A stretch of 64,000 bases of DNA from Clostridiales bacterium (lineage in GTDB: Bacteria; Bacillota; Clostridia; Oscillospirales; CAG-272). The notes beneath the pieces were generated by a model, which searched no databases, was not told the origin of the DNA, and saw only the letters and a list, made by a program, of their open reading frames with translations. The DNA lies in NCBI GenBank assembly GCA_022800625.1, contig JAAWQR010000007.1:4438-68437 (forward strand), written 5' to 3'. Position 1 is the first letter of the stretch, and every line of letters starts with the position of its first letter. Both the position numbers and the translations under genes were made by a program. Below are positions 37,758 to 45,652 of the stretch, one piece after another.

Positions 37758-37786
37758 TTGACATAGCAAGAAAACTGAGATATAAT
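37758..37786 (+). promoter_or_regulatory. exact-consensus sigma-A promoter, antisense to the downstream XRE gene
   Basis: TTGACA (37758-37763), exactly 17 nt, TATAAT (37781-37786). No plus-strand ORF lies within the next ~560 nt. Confidence 0.6.
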
Positions 37787-37804
37787 ATAAGAAAACTAAG
37801 AATA

Positions 37805-38023
37805 TTAGAAGCGTGTCTTATCATTTTCATATCTGCCTACGAGGTAGTCTAACGAAACATTAAAAGTGTCTGCAAGTACTATGAGTGCATCGAATGATGG
37901 TTTACGTCTGCCTGATTCATAGTTTTGAATTGCAGATACGGTTAAATTACATCTTTCTGCAAGTCTTTCTTGTGTCATGCCCTGTTCTTTTCTCAGAAAT
38001 GCTATTCGTTTTGATATATTCAT
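37805..38023 (-). CDS. XRE-family HTH repressor-like protein (72 aa)
   Basis: MNISKRIAFLRKEQGMTQERLAERCNLTVSAIQNYESGRRKPSFDALIVLADTFNVSLDYLVG is a classic Cro/CI-type HTH. GGAGA RBS before ATG 38023. The ORF is open to 38056. Confidence 0.85.
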   Translation of the reverse strand: MNISKRIAFLRKEQGMTQERLAERCNLTVSAIQNYESGRRKPSFDALIVLADTFNVSLDYLVGRYENDKTRF

Positions 38024-38187
38024 AAGGATCTCCATTCCGCTGTTAAAGTGACGCATAAATAGTTCATAAATTCATTGTGTTTGCTAAACAGACAAAATTT
38101 CATTTTTTAGGTGAATTTCGGCGAAAAACAAATAAACTACAAGGTTATATCAACTTAAGTTAAATCTCCTGAAAGTTTCAATCACAC

Positions 38188-38199
38188 TAACAATTGTTA
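38188..38199. promoter_or_regulatory. perfect 12-bp palindrome TAACAATTGTTA (candidate operator)
   Basis: It lies in the region upstream of the 72-aa XRE gene. It shares the ATTGTT half-site with the repeats at 37063-37100. Confidence 0.4.
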
Positions 38200-38347
38200 A
38201 TGTTTGGAAAACCGACACAAATGATTATATCTCAAAAAAGAGTAAAAAGCAACACATAACAGTAAAAAAATTATCTTTGATATAAAGTTCAAACAATCAG
38301 AATCGTATTTCATGTATATTATAATTCATCATGTTGGAGGCGATGAT

Positions 38348-38440
38348 ATGTACATAACACTTGAACAACTTTTACTTTTAGCTTCATTTATTGTGGCGCT
38401 TTTAACCTATGTAAATAATAAGAACAGCAAAAAGAAATAA
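38348..38440 (+). CDS. unannotated 30-aa hydrophobic peptide, Hol-Tox-like type I toxin candidate
   Basis: GGAGG (38336-38340) with a 7-nt spacer to ATG. MYITLEQLLLLASFIVALLTYVNNKNSKKK-stop has one TM-length core plus a lysine tail. Confidence 0.55.
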   Translation: MYITLEQLLLLASFIVALLTYVNNKNSKKK

Positions 38441-38465
38441 CCGCCGATTACACAAATCAGCGGTT
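38439..38465. other. 11-bp-stem hairpin embedding the toxin stop codon; it reads as an intrinsic terminator on the minus strand
   Basis: Arms aaccgccgatt and aatcagcggtt with loop acaca and 1 mismatch. On the minus strand the hairpin is followed by atttcttttt. Confidence 0.5.
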
Positions 38466-38584
38466 ATTTCATAAATATTAGAGGAAAACAATATTCGTTA
38501 TTATTCTTTTAAAGAAAACAATAAATGGGCAAATTTACTGTAATTATCTTATTTATAGAAAAGACTGCCCAAAATTTTAACAAG

Positions 38585-38615
38585 TGTGGATGCTAAAATG
38601 CTTTCACATTTTTTT
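38585..38615 (+). terminator. intrinsic terminator (candidate 3' end of the toxin mRNA)
   Basis: Stem tgtggatgc/gctttcaca (7 of 9 pairs) followed by TTTTTTT. Confidence 0.5.
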
Positions 38616-38769
38616 GAAACTTATTGCTATAGTAAATTATTTGTCTGCATAATTTACTATATGTTTGATAATAACACTAAATTTATTTACATAATGGGAA
38701 GTATAATTACTTTTATGGCAGTTTACCACGTCTTACAATTTAATTAGCAAAATTATAGGAGGATTTAAA

Positions 38770-39021
38770 ATGAATAATAAGAGCGTGAAGATCGGAGAAA
38801 TCGTGCGAAAGCAGAGATATGAGAGATGCATATCAAGAAAAAAGCTGGGAGGTAAATGCAAAATATCAGAAGAAACCATTAAAAATATGGAAAACGGGAA
38901 AAACGTTAATTGGTCTACAGTTATGGCTATTGCATCGTTTTTTGACATGGATCTGGGCGATCTCAATCCTTGTATAGGGAAAGAAGCTCCGCCGAAGAAA
39001 GATAAGGAAAATAAAGACTGA
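38770..39021 (+). CDS. small XRE-family HTH protein (copy B of the duplicated cassette)
   Basis: 83-aa ORF after AGGAGG. Roughly two-thirds identical by eye to the ORF at 1151-1387. Shared blocks are ETIKN.ENGK, TVM.IAS and DLGDLNPCIGKEAP. Confidence 0.8.
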   Translation: MNNKSVKIGEIVRKQRYERCISRKKLGGKCKISEETIKNMENGKNVNWSTVMAIASFFDMDLGDLNPCIGKEAPPKKDKENKD

Positions 39022-39062
39022 TTTTCTTTATACCGGTGAATGTATAGGGTTATGAAGCACAA

Positions 39063-39107
39063 AAATCCCGCGCTCCGATTGAACTCAGGTGCGGGATTTT
39101 GAATTTA
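39063..39107 (+). terminator. intrinsic terminator of XRE copy B (homologous to 1047-1093)
   Basis: Stem aaatcccgc/gcgggattt followed by a T-run. The sequence aatcccgc..ccgat..aact(t/c)caggtgcgggattttga is shared with copy A. Confidence 0.75.
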
Positions 39108-39154
39108 TAATTATCTTTAAACTGTAATATGTAAAAATGCACGTAATGCAGAAT

Positions 39155-40870
39155 TTATCTGTTCTTTTCAGCTCCCTGCCACAATCCTGCGTATATACCG
39201 CCCTGCTTCAGCAGTTCTTCATGAGATCCGCGTTCGGCAATTCCCTCATCGGTTACAACTAAAATCTCATCGGCGTTTTTTACGGTCGTCAGCCTGTGCG
39301 CTACGACTACAGTTGTGCGCCCACTACATAATTCGTCTAGGCTCTTTTGTATCATCATTTCAGATACGTTGTCAAGCGCCGATGTTGCTTCATCAAGTAT
39401 CAGGATCTTAGGATCTTTAAGAAATGCTCTGGCAATGCTTATCCTTTGCTTCTGACCGCCTGACAGCTTGACTCCGCGTTCTCCTACTACAGTCTCAAGG
39501 CCTTTTTCAAGCGATATTATATAGTCGTATATGTTAGCTCTTTTAGCTGCGTCTTCAACTTGTTCACGTGATGCACCCGGACATCCGTATGCAATGTTAT
39601 CGTAAATTGTAGCATTAAATAGGAATACGTCCTGCGCTACAATTCCGATATTTTTCCTGAGGGATGAGATCGTCAGATTGCGCACGTCTTGACCGTCGAT
39701 TCTGACTGCACCGCCTGTCACATCGTAAAATCGGGGAATCAGGTGACAGATCGTAGTTTTGCCTCCGCCCGACGGACCGACAAGAGCCATGGTTTTGCCC
39801 TGCTCAATGCGGAAAGATAATCCGTGTAGAATTTCCTGACTGTCTTCATATGCAAAATAAACGCTTTCAAATTCTATTTCGCCTTTTACGTTTTCAAGAT
39901 CAAGCGCTTCGTTGCTGTCCGTTTCGGCAGGATAATCCATAATTTCCGTGAATCGCTCGAATCCCGTGATTCCATTTTGATACTGCTCAACAAAGCCTAT
40001 CAGTCGTTTTACGGGAGTCATAAATACGCTTATATACAGAACAAAGGCGGTAAAATCGGCAAGTGTTATTTTTCCGTACAGGCAGAAAAGACCGCCGGCA
40101 ACGTACAGTATTACATTAAGCGCATCGCCGATAAAGTTTGTGCCTGCGATAAACTCAGCCATGACCTTATAGGCTTTTCCGCGCACTCTTACAAATCTTT
40201 CGTTTCCCTCTGAAAAGGTTCTGTTTTCGTATTCAGCGTTCGTATAAGCTTTTGAAACTCGGATTCCCGCAATGCTGTTCTCAAGACCTGCATTTACTTC
40301 GCCGATTTCAACACGCGAAGCCTTTGAAGTTTCGCTCATACGCATTCTTTTTTTGCCTGCGAACAGAATCATTATCGGAATTGCCGCAAATACTATAAGT
40401 GCCATCGGAAGATATATTCCTGCCATCATAATAAATGCGCCGATAAGTATTATCAATGACAGAAACAAGTCCTCGGGACCGTGATGTGCAAGCTCTGAAA
40501 TGTCAAACAGGTCGCTTATTATCCGCGACATGATAGTTCCTGTTTTGTTGTTGTCAAAATAGGTCAGCGGCAGCTTTTGCAGATGATCGAACACCTCTCG
40601 TCTCATATCTGCCTGCATTCTTACTCCGACCATATGACCGTAATAGTTTACGAAATAATTGAGTGCGAGCTTTAAAAGATAAACTCCGAGCAGTACTGCC
40701 GCCCATACAAGCAGCATTCGTATATTGTTATTCGGTATAAGGTTTCCCATCATATTGCGTGTGATCATCGGATAAAAGAGATCGCACAGAGCGAGAATAA
40801 ATGCGCAGATCATGTCCGCTGTAAAAAGTGCAATATGAGGTTTATAATATTTTGCAAATCGTTTTATCAA
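39155..40870 (-). CDS. ABC transporter, fused permease/ATPase (MsbA/multidrug-exporter type)
   Basis: 571 aa. Six N-terminal TM helices, Walker A GPSGGGKTT, signature LSGGQKQRISIARA, Walker B ILILDEATSALD. Probable TTG start. Confidence 0.9.
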   Translation of the reverse strand: MIKRFAKYYKPHIALFTADMICAFILALCDLFYPMITRNMMGNLIPNNNIRMLLVWAAVLLGVYLLKLALNYFVNYYGHMVGVRMQADMRREVFDHLQKLPLTYFDNNKTGTIMSRIISDLFDISELAHHGPEDLFLSLIILIGAFIMMAGIYLPMALIVFAAIPIMILFAGKKRMRMSETSKASRVEIGEVNAGLENSIAGIRVSKAYTNAEYENRTFSEGNERFVRVRGKAYKVMAEFIAGTNFIGDALNVILYVAGGLFCLYGKITLADFTAFVLYISVFMTPVKRLIGFVEQYQNGITGFERFTEIMDYPAETDSNEALDLENVKGEIEFESVYFAYEDSQEILHGLSFRIEQGKTMALVGPSGGGKTTICHLIPRFYDVTGGAVRIDGQDVRNLTISSLRKNIGIVAQDVFLFNATIYDNIAYGCPGASREQVEDAAKRANIYDYIISLEKGLETVVGERGVKLSGGQKQRISIARAFLKDPKILILDEATSALDNVSEMMIQKSLDELCSGRTTVVVAHRLTTVKNADEILVVTDEGIAERGSHEELLKQGGIYAGLWQGAEKNR

Positions 40871-41023
40871 TTCGTTTACCGCCTTTCATAAAGGGATTTT
40901 TACTAATACATATGGGACTTTTCCCCGAGAAAAGTCCCATGTTGCTTTTATAATTTTTTCGTTTTGGAAAAGATCATATTATTGCAAGCATTGCCCGAGC
41001 GGACAGCTATAGCAACATAGCTG

Positions 41024-41455
41024 TTATATAGACATTAACCCGTAGGCTATAAAAGGACTTGCATATATTGCTATGTATATCAAGGTTATAAAGGGTTGAT
41101 AATCAATATAAAATTCTTTGAAAGTCAAAGACCAAGGATGTTTTATTAAAACCCATCCGATAAGATCAAATACAATCGTTATCGTTCCCCAAATCAACGA
41201 GGTTGCTGCAGCATTTGCTAAAGTGACTGTTTCCGATCCGCAGAAATAAATGTATGCAAACAGCGGAAATATGATGATGTTATATAAAGGATGCCACGGC
41301 TTTGTTTTTTCATATCCTTCACCCATTCCCGGACTGTCTTTCATTGATTTCATATGCAATACTGTGATGTTAAATATTGTGTGCAATACTCCAATACCTG
41401 TAACAACAAAATATGCTGTGAAATACCATAACATTGAAAAACCAAAGTTCTCCAC
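41024..41455 (-). CDS. hypothetical 4-TM membrane protein
   Basis: 143-aa ORF with a hydrophobic, aromatic-rich sequence. AT-rich. I did not recognise a family. Confidence 0.55.
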   Translation of the reverse strand: MENFGFSMLWYFTAYFVVTGIGVLHTIFNITVLHMKSMKDSPGMGEGYEKTKPWHPLYNIIIFPLFAYIYFCGSETVTLANAAATSLIWGTITIVFDLIGWVLIKHPWSLTFKEFYIDYQPFITLIYIAIYASPFIAYGLMSI

Positions 41456-41547
41456 TTTTAAATTCTCCTGATTTGTTAAAGAAATTTCATTTTAACGCAT
41501 AAAGTCAATTATTTTGCCTGTATAATTTACTCAAACAGATATTGGAT

Positions 41548-42027
41548 TTAGTTTGTACTTAATTTCTTTTCCATAATCTCATAAACAAGCTTAACATCAT
41601 TTTTGAGTTCAATGATCCCGTGTCCGATCGTCTTATATCCCCTGTTTTCATATATAAAAACAGCGGGAAGAGAGGCGTCTAAAATAATGGTATCATATTT
41701 CTCTGCAATTTTTGTCTCCAGACAATCCATAATATATGAACCGCATCCGCGCTTTTGATAAGATGGCAGTACATATAATCCCGTAATGTGATTTTTGTCA
41801 AAGCAGCCTGTTCCGACTATCACACCGTTATCTGTCAATACACCCATATTTCCCGACGATATGCCGGATAAAATGTGCTCTTTACTGTGATGATGGCAAA
41901 AAAACTCCGATACTTCTTTGGGATAATATTTAGGATAAACCGTTTGAATAGTTGTGTGTAAAACATTGTGAACAGCATCTGCCATTTCATTGGTTGCCGT
42001 TTTATATTCCATATAATTCTGCCTCAA
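41548..42027 (-). CDS. GNAT family N-acetyltransferase
   Basis: 159 aa. The acetyl-CoA binding region is ITGLYVLPSYQKRGCGSYIMD. AT-rich. Confidence 0.8.
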   Translation of the reverse strand: MRQNYMEYKTATNEMADAVHNVLHTTIQTVYPKYYPKEVSEFFCHHHSKEHILSGISSGNMGVLTDNGVIVGTGCFDKNHITGLYVLPSYQKRGCGSYIMDCLETKIAEKYDTIILDASLPAVFIYENRGYKTIGHGIIELKNDVKLVYEIMEKKLSTN

Positions 42028-42076
42028 AAAATCAGTGTGATTATAAGCTGTTTATCGTGTATTTGAAAATCGAGAA

Positions 42077-42784
42077 TCAGCCGCCGAGGTATGCTTCGCG
42101 AACCTTGTCGCTTGCCATAAGCTCCGCTCCTGTGCCCGAAAGTGCAACAGAGCCTGTTTCAAGAACATATGCGCGGTGCGCTATTGAGAGCGCCATACGC
42201 GCGTTTTGTTCAACTAAAAGTATAGTTGTTCCGGCTTTGTTAAGTTCCCTAATAATATCAAATATCTGAGATACAAGGATAGGTGCAAGTCCCATTGACG
42301 GCTCATCAAGCATGAGAAGCTTCGGCTTTGACATGAGCGCACGCCCCATTGCAAGCATCTGCTGTTCTCCGCCCGATAGAGTCCCTGCAAGCTGACGGCG
42401 GCGTTCCTTCAGTCTCGGAAATCTTTCAAATACATCTTCGATTGAATCTGCGACTTCGGAGGACGGACGTGTGTAAGCACCGAGCGTCAGATTTTCCTCG
42501 ACTGTCATTTCAGCAAATATGCGTCTGCCTTCGGGAACCTGAGTAAGTCCCAGGGATACGATCTTGTGAGCGGGAATCCCGTGAAGATTTTGACCTAAAA
42601 ATTCAATATTTCCGCTTTTTGACTGCAAGAGCCCCGAAACCGTATTAAGTGTCGTGGATTTACCCGCTCCGTTTGCGCCGATAAGAGTTACGATTTCTCC
42701 TTCATTTACTTCAAAAGTAACTCCGCGGACTGCGTGAATGCTGCCGTAATATACGTTTATATCTTCAACCTTAAGCATGCTCAT
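42077..42784 (-). CDS. livF: branched-chain amino acid ABC transporter ATP-binding protein LivF
   Basis: 235 aa. GANGAGKSTTLNTVSG, LSGGEQQMLAMGRAL and LLMLDEPSMGLAP. Confidence 0.9.
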   Translation of the reverse strand: MSMLKVEDINVYYGSIHAVRGVTFEVNEGEIVTLIGANGAGKSTTLNTVSGLLQSKSGNIEFLGQNLHGIPAHKIVSLGLTQVPEGRRIFAEMTVEENLTLGAYTRPSSEVADSIEDVFERFPRLKERRRQLAGTLSGGEQQMLAMGRALMSKPKLLMLDEPSMGLAPILVSQIFDIIRELNKAGTTILLVEQNARMALSIAHRAYVLETGSVALSGTGAELMASDKVREAYLGG

Positions 42785-43635
42785 TGTGCAGCATCCTCCT
42801 TTTCATTGTGATCTGTTCCGAGATAAGCTTCGATTACAGCAGGATTTGACTGTATTTCCTCAGGCGTACCCTTAGCAATTATTTTACCGAAATTAAGAAC
42901 GGCGATTCCTTCGCATACGCCCATGACAAGATTCATGTCGTGCTCAATGAGCATAATTGCAATTCCGAAAGTGTCACGTATTTTTCTGATATTATTCATA
43001 AGTTCGGCTGTTTCGGACGGGTTCATTCCTGCCGCAGGTTCGTCAAGCAGCAAAAGCGACGGTTCTGTTGCCAGCGCACGCACGATTTCAAGTCTCCTCT
43101 GTGCGCCGTATGGAAGGCTTGAAGCCTTAAAATCAGCCATATCAGCCATATCGAAGATAGACAGCAGCTCAAGAGCTTTCTCGTGCGCCTTCTTTTCTTC
43201 TTTCCAATATCTCGGAAGGCGAAGAATTCCGCCGAACATTGAGTACTTCATTGAGTTGTGCATCGCAACTTTAACATTGTCTTCAACTGTCAAGTTATCG
43301 AACAGGCGAATATTTTGAAAAGTTCTTGCAATTCCCGCACGGTTTATCTGCGATGTTGTCATTCCGTGCGTATCCCGTCCGTCAAGGAGAAATGTTCCTC
43401 TCGTCGGCTGATAAACCTTGGTTAAAAGATTGAATATAGTAGTTTTTCCAGCTCCGTTCGGACCGATAAGACCCGCAATTTCTGTTCTGCCGATAGTTAA
43501 ATTGAAATCATCGACTGCACGGAGACCGCCGAAATCGATTCCGAGATGACGCGCTTCAAGTATAGGTTCGCGGTCTGCATCACGCTCTGGAATCATGGAA
43601 TCGCTCGGTACGTTTATAAGCTTTGTCTTATCCAT
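42781..43635 (-). CDS. livG: branched-chain amino acid ABC transporter ATP-binding protein LivG
   Basis: 284 aa. GPNGAGKTTIFNLLT, LPYGAQRRLEIVRALA and the LivG C-terminal AVIEAYLG. Overlaps livF by 4 nt. Confidence 0.9.
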   Translation of the reverse strand: MDKTKLINVPSDSMIPERDADREPILEARHLGIDFGGLRAVDDFNLTIGRTEIAGLIGPNGAGKTTIFNLLTKVYQPTRGTFLLDGRDTHGMTTSQINRAGIARTFQNIRLFDNLTVEDNVKVAMHNSMKYSMFGGILRLPRYWKEEKKAHEKALELLSIFDMADMADFKASSLPYGAQRRLEIVRALATEPSLLLLDEPAAGMNPSETAELMNNIRKIRDTFGIAIMLIEHDMNLVMGVCEGIAVLNFGKIIAKGTPEEIQSNPAVIEAYLGTDHNEKEDAAQ

Positions 43636-44716
43636 TTGAAGTGTCCTCCGTGGCTGAATTTTCGGTAGTCTTCCGCTTCATAAAGAATACTGCGATCCTG
43701 TCGGTAAGCTTTGCTATTGCAGCGCGTGCTGTCGCATTGTTGGTCATTATCATAACGACTATGAGAACGACAGCATAAATGAGCATTCTGTAGTCGTTTA
43801 AGCCTCGGAGCAATTCAGGAAGAATGAGCAGAAGCGGAGCTGCGATAACAGATCCGCGCATGTTTCCGATTCCGCCGAGTACGACAAATACAAGCACAAG
43901 TATCGATGTATTGTAGTTGAATTTTACGGCTGTAAATGTTGAATAGTTAAGTCCGTACAGCACGCCTGCCATACCTGCAAGCGCTGCTGAGGTAATAAAT
44001 GTCATCATTTTATACTTGGTTATCGGAATTCCGACTGATTCGGCGGCAATTCTGTTGTCTCGAATCGCCATTATCGCGCGTCCTGCACGGCTGTCAACAA
44101 GAGTGAAGATAAGTGCGAGAGTTATGATTACCATTACAAAGCCGATAGTAAAAGTGGATATTTTCTGTAGTCCCACTGCACCCATAGGTCCTTTGATTAT
44201 TGCCCTGCCGCCTGCCTCAAGACCGAGCGCTTCAGCACTTTTCAAGCTGAAATGAAGTCCGCGGCTGTCAACGCCTACGTAAATACATGTAATAAGGCTT
44301 CTGATTATCTCACCGAATGCAAGCGTTACTATCGCAAGGTAGTCGCCTTTCAGTCTCAGAACAGGCAGTCCGATAAGAAAGCCGAATATTCCGGCGACTA
44401 CCGCACCTGCAATCAGTGCGATTACAAGGCGAAGGAGAGAGGAGGAGACAGTTCCCGTGAGACTCATTGACACGACGGCTCCCGTGAATGCGCCGACGCT
44501 CATGAATCCTGCGTGCCCGAGACTGAGCTCGCCGAGCACACCGACAGTAAGGTTGAGTGAGAGCGCCATTATCATGTATGCGCAAATCGGAACAAGAAGT
44601 CCCTGAAACAGGTTGGAAAGCGCGCCTGCCGAATTTAAGGCAGTCACAATAATAAACGCCGCTGTTACCAAAAGTATTGTAGCAAAGCTGCTTTTTGTGT
44701 TTTTTTTCAGTTTCAT
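43628..44716 (-). CDS. livM: branched-chain amino acid ABC transporter permease LivM
   Basis: 362-aa polytopic protein. LGELSLGHAGFMSVGAF and IRDNRIAAESVGI are typical of LivM. Confidence 0.9.
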   Translation of the reverse strand: MKLKKNTKSSFATILLVTAAFIIVTALNSAGALSNLFQGLLVPICAYMIMALSLNLTVGVLGELSLGHAGFMSVGAFTGAVVSMSLTGTVSSSLLRLVIALIAGAVVAGIFGFLIGLPVLRLKGDYLAIVTLAFGEIIRSLITCIYVGVDSRGLHFSLKSAEALGLEAGGRAIIKGPMGAVGLQKISTFTIGFVMVIITLALIFTLVDSRAGRAIMAIRDNRIAAESVGIPITKYKMMTFITSAALAGMAGVLYGLNYSTFTAVKFNYNTSILVLVFVVLGGIGNMRGSVIAAPLLLILPELLRGLNDYRMLIYAVVLIVVMIMTNNATARAAIAKLTDRIAVFFMKRKTTENSATEDTSNG

Positions 44717-44767
44717 TTACTTAAATCATACCTTTCACTTTAATTTGATACCGTATGGATTTGACGA

Positions 44768-45652
44768 TTATACTTTTTCGCGAACCTTGCGTCCGAGCAG
44801 TCCTTCCGGCTTTACGAGAAGCACGATTATAAGTACTGCAAACACTATAGCATCTGAGATTTTAGTTGAAATGTATGCTTTTGCAAATATTTCGATAATA
44901 CCGATTAAAATTCCGCCGAGCATAGCTCCGGGAATCGAGCCGATTCCGCCGAATACAGCTGCTGTAAACGCTTTGATGCCGGGCATAGCTCCCGTTGTGG
45001 GAGAAAGCGTCGGATATGCGGAGCAGAGAAGAACGCCCGCCACAGCAGCAAGAGCAGAACCGATTGCGAAAGTTATGGATATTGTAAAATTGACATTGAT
45101 TCCCATAAGCCTTGCAGCTCCCTTGTCCTCTGACACGGCGCGCATAGCCTTACCTGCCTTTGTTTTTGCAGTAAAGAGGGAAAGAGCGATCATTATGATG
45201 ATACATGCAAGTATTGTAATGATAGCTTCCGATGAAATAACCAAACGACCGTCCGCAAGAGACAGAGTGGGAAGTCCTGCGACAACTGATGAGAATATCT
45301 TCGGATTTGATCCCCAAAGGATGAGCGCCGCGTTCTGCAAAAAGTAGCTGACGCCGATAGCGGTGATAAGCACGGCAAGAGATGAAGCGTCGCGAAGCGG
45401 CTTGTATGCGAGCCGTTCTATCACAATTCCGAGTACGGTGCAAACAAGCATTGATATAACAACAGCCGCTATAACAGGGAGATTAAGATACGATGTCACA
45501 CAAAAGGATACGTATGCTCCGATCATAATAACATCTCCGTGTGCGAAGTTGAGCATCTTGGCAATACCGTAGACCATAGTATATCCGAGAGCTATTATGG
45601 CAAAGACACTGCCGAGACTTATGCCATTTATCAAATGGTTAAGAAACGTCAT
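44768..45652 (-). CDS. livH: branched-chain amino acid ABC transporter permease LivH
   Basis: LINGISLGSVFAIIALGYTMVYGIAKMLNFAHGD is the LivH N-terminus. GGAGA RBS before ATG 45652. The ORF is open to 45685. Confidence 0.9.
   Translation of the reverse strand: MTFLNHLINGISLGSVFAIIALGYTMVYGIAKMLNFAHGDVIMIGAYVSFCVTSYLNLPVIAAVVISMLVCTVLGIVIERLAYKPLRDASSLAVLITAIGVSYFLQNAALILWGSNPKIFSSVVAGLPTLSLADGRLVISSEAIITILACIIIMIALSLFTAKTKAGKAMRAVSEDKGAARLMGINVNFTISITFAIGSALAAVAGVLLCSAYPTLSPTTGAMPGIKAFTAAVFGGIGSIPGAMLGGILIGIIEIFAKAYISTKISDAIVFAVLIIVLLVKPEGLLGRKVREKV

Noticed and set aside
36921-38600. DnaA-box-like strings (TTATCCGAT in the inverted-repeat arms; TGTGGATGC at 38585), read as a possible origin.
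   Set aside because: Each deviates from TTATCCACA at 2 or more positions. There are only isolated copies, no dnaA/dnaN context and no AT-rich unwinding repeats.
38525-38747. Small plus-strand ORFs after the toxin candidate: MGKFTVIILFIEKTAQNFNKCGC (38525-38596) and a 49-aa ORF from 38598.
   Set aside because: Neither has a Shine-Dalgarno sequence. The second lies in the leader that is homologous to copy A's non-coding leader. Both are probably chance ORFs in AT-rich sequence.
1388-38769. The idea that the inverted XRE cassettes are terminal repeats of a ~37-kb mobile element.
   Set aside because: The interior consists of core housekeeping genes (murJ, mnmG, recA, recF, tRNAs, rplM/rpsI). 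There is no integrase, transposase or conjugation module. The repeats are diverged gene cassettes, not short terminal repeats.
44613-45347. A 244-aa plus-strand ORF across livM/livH.
   Set aside because: It is antisense to two permease genes with textbook signatures, and it has no start signals.
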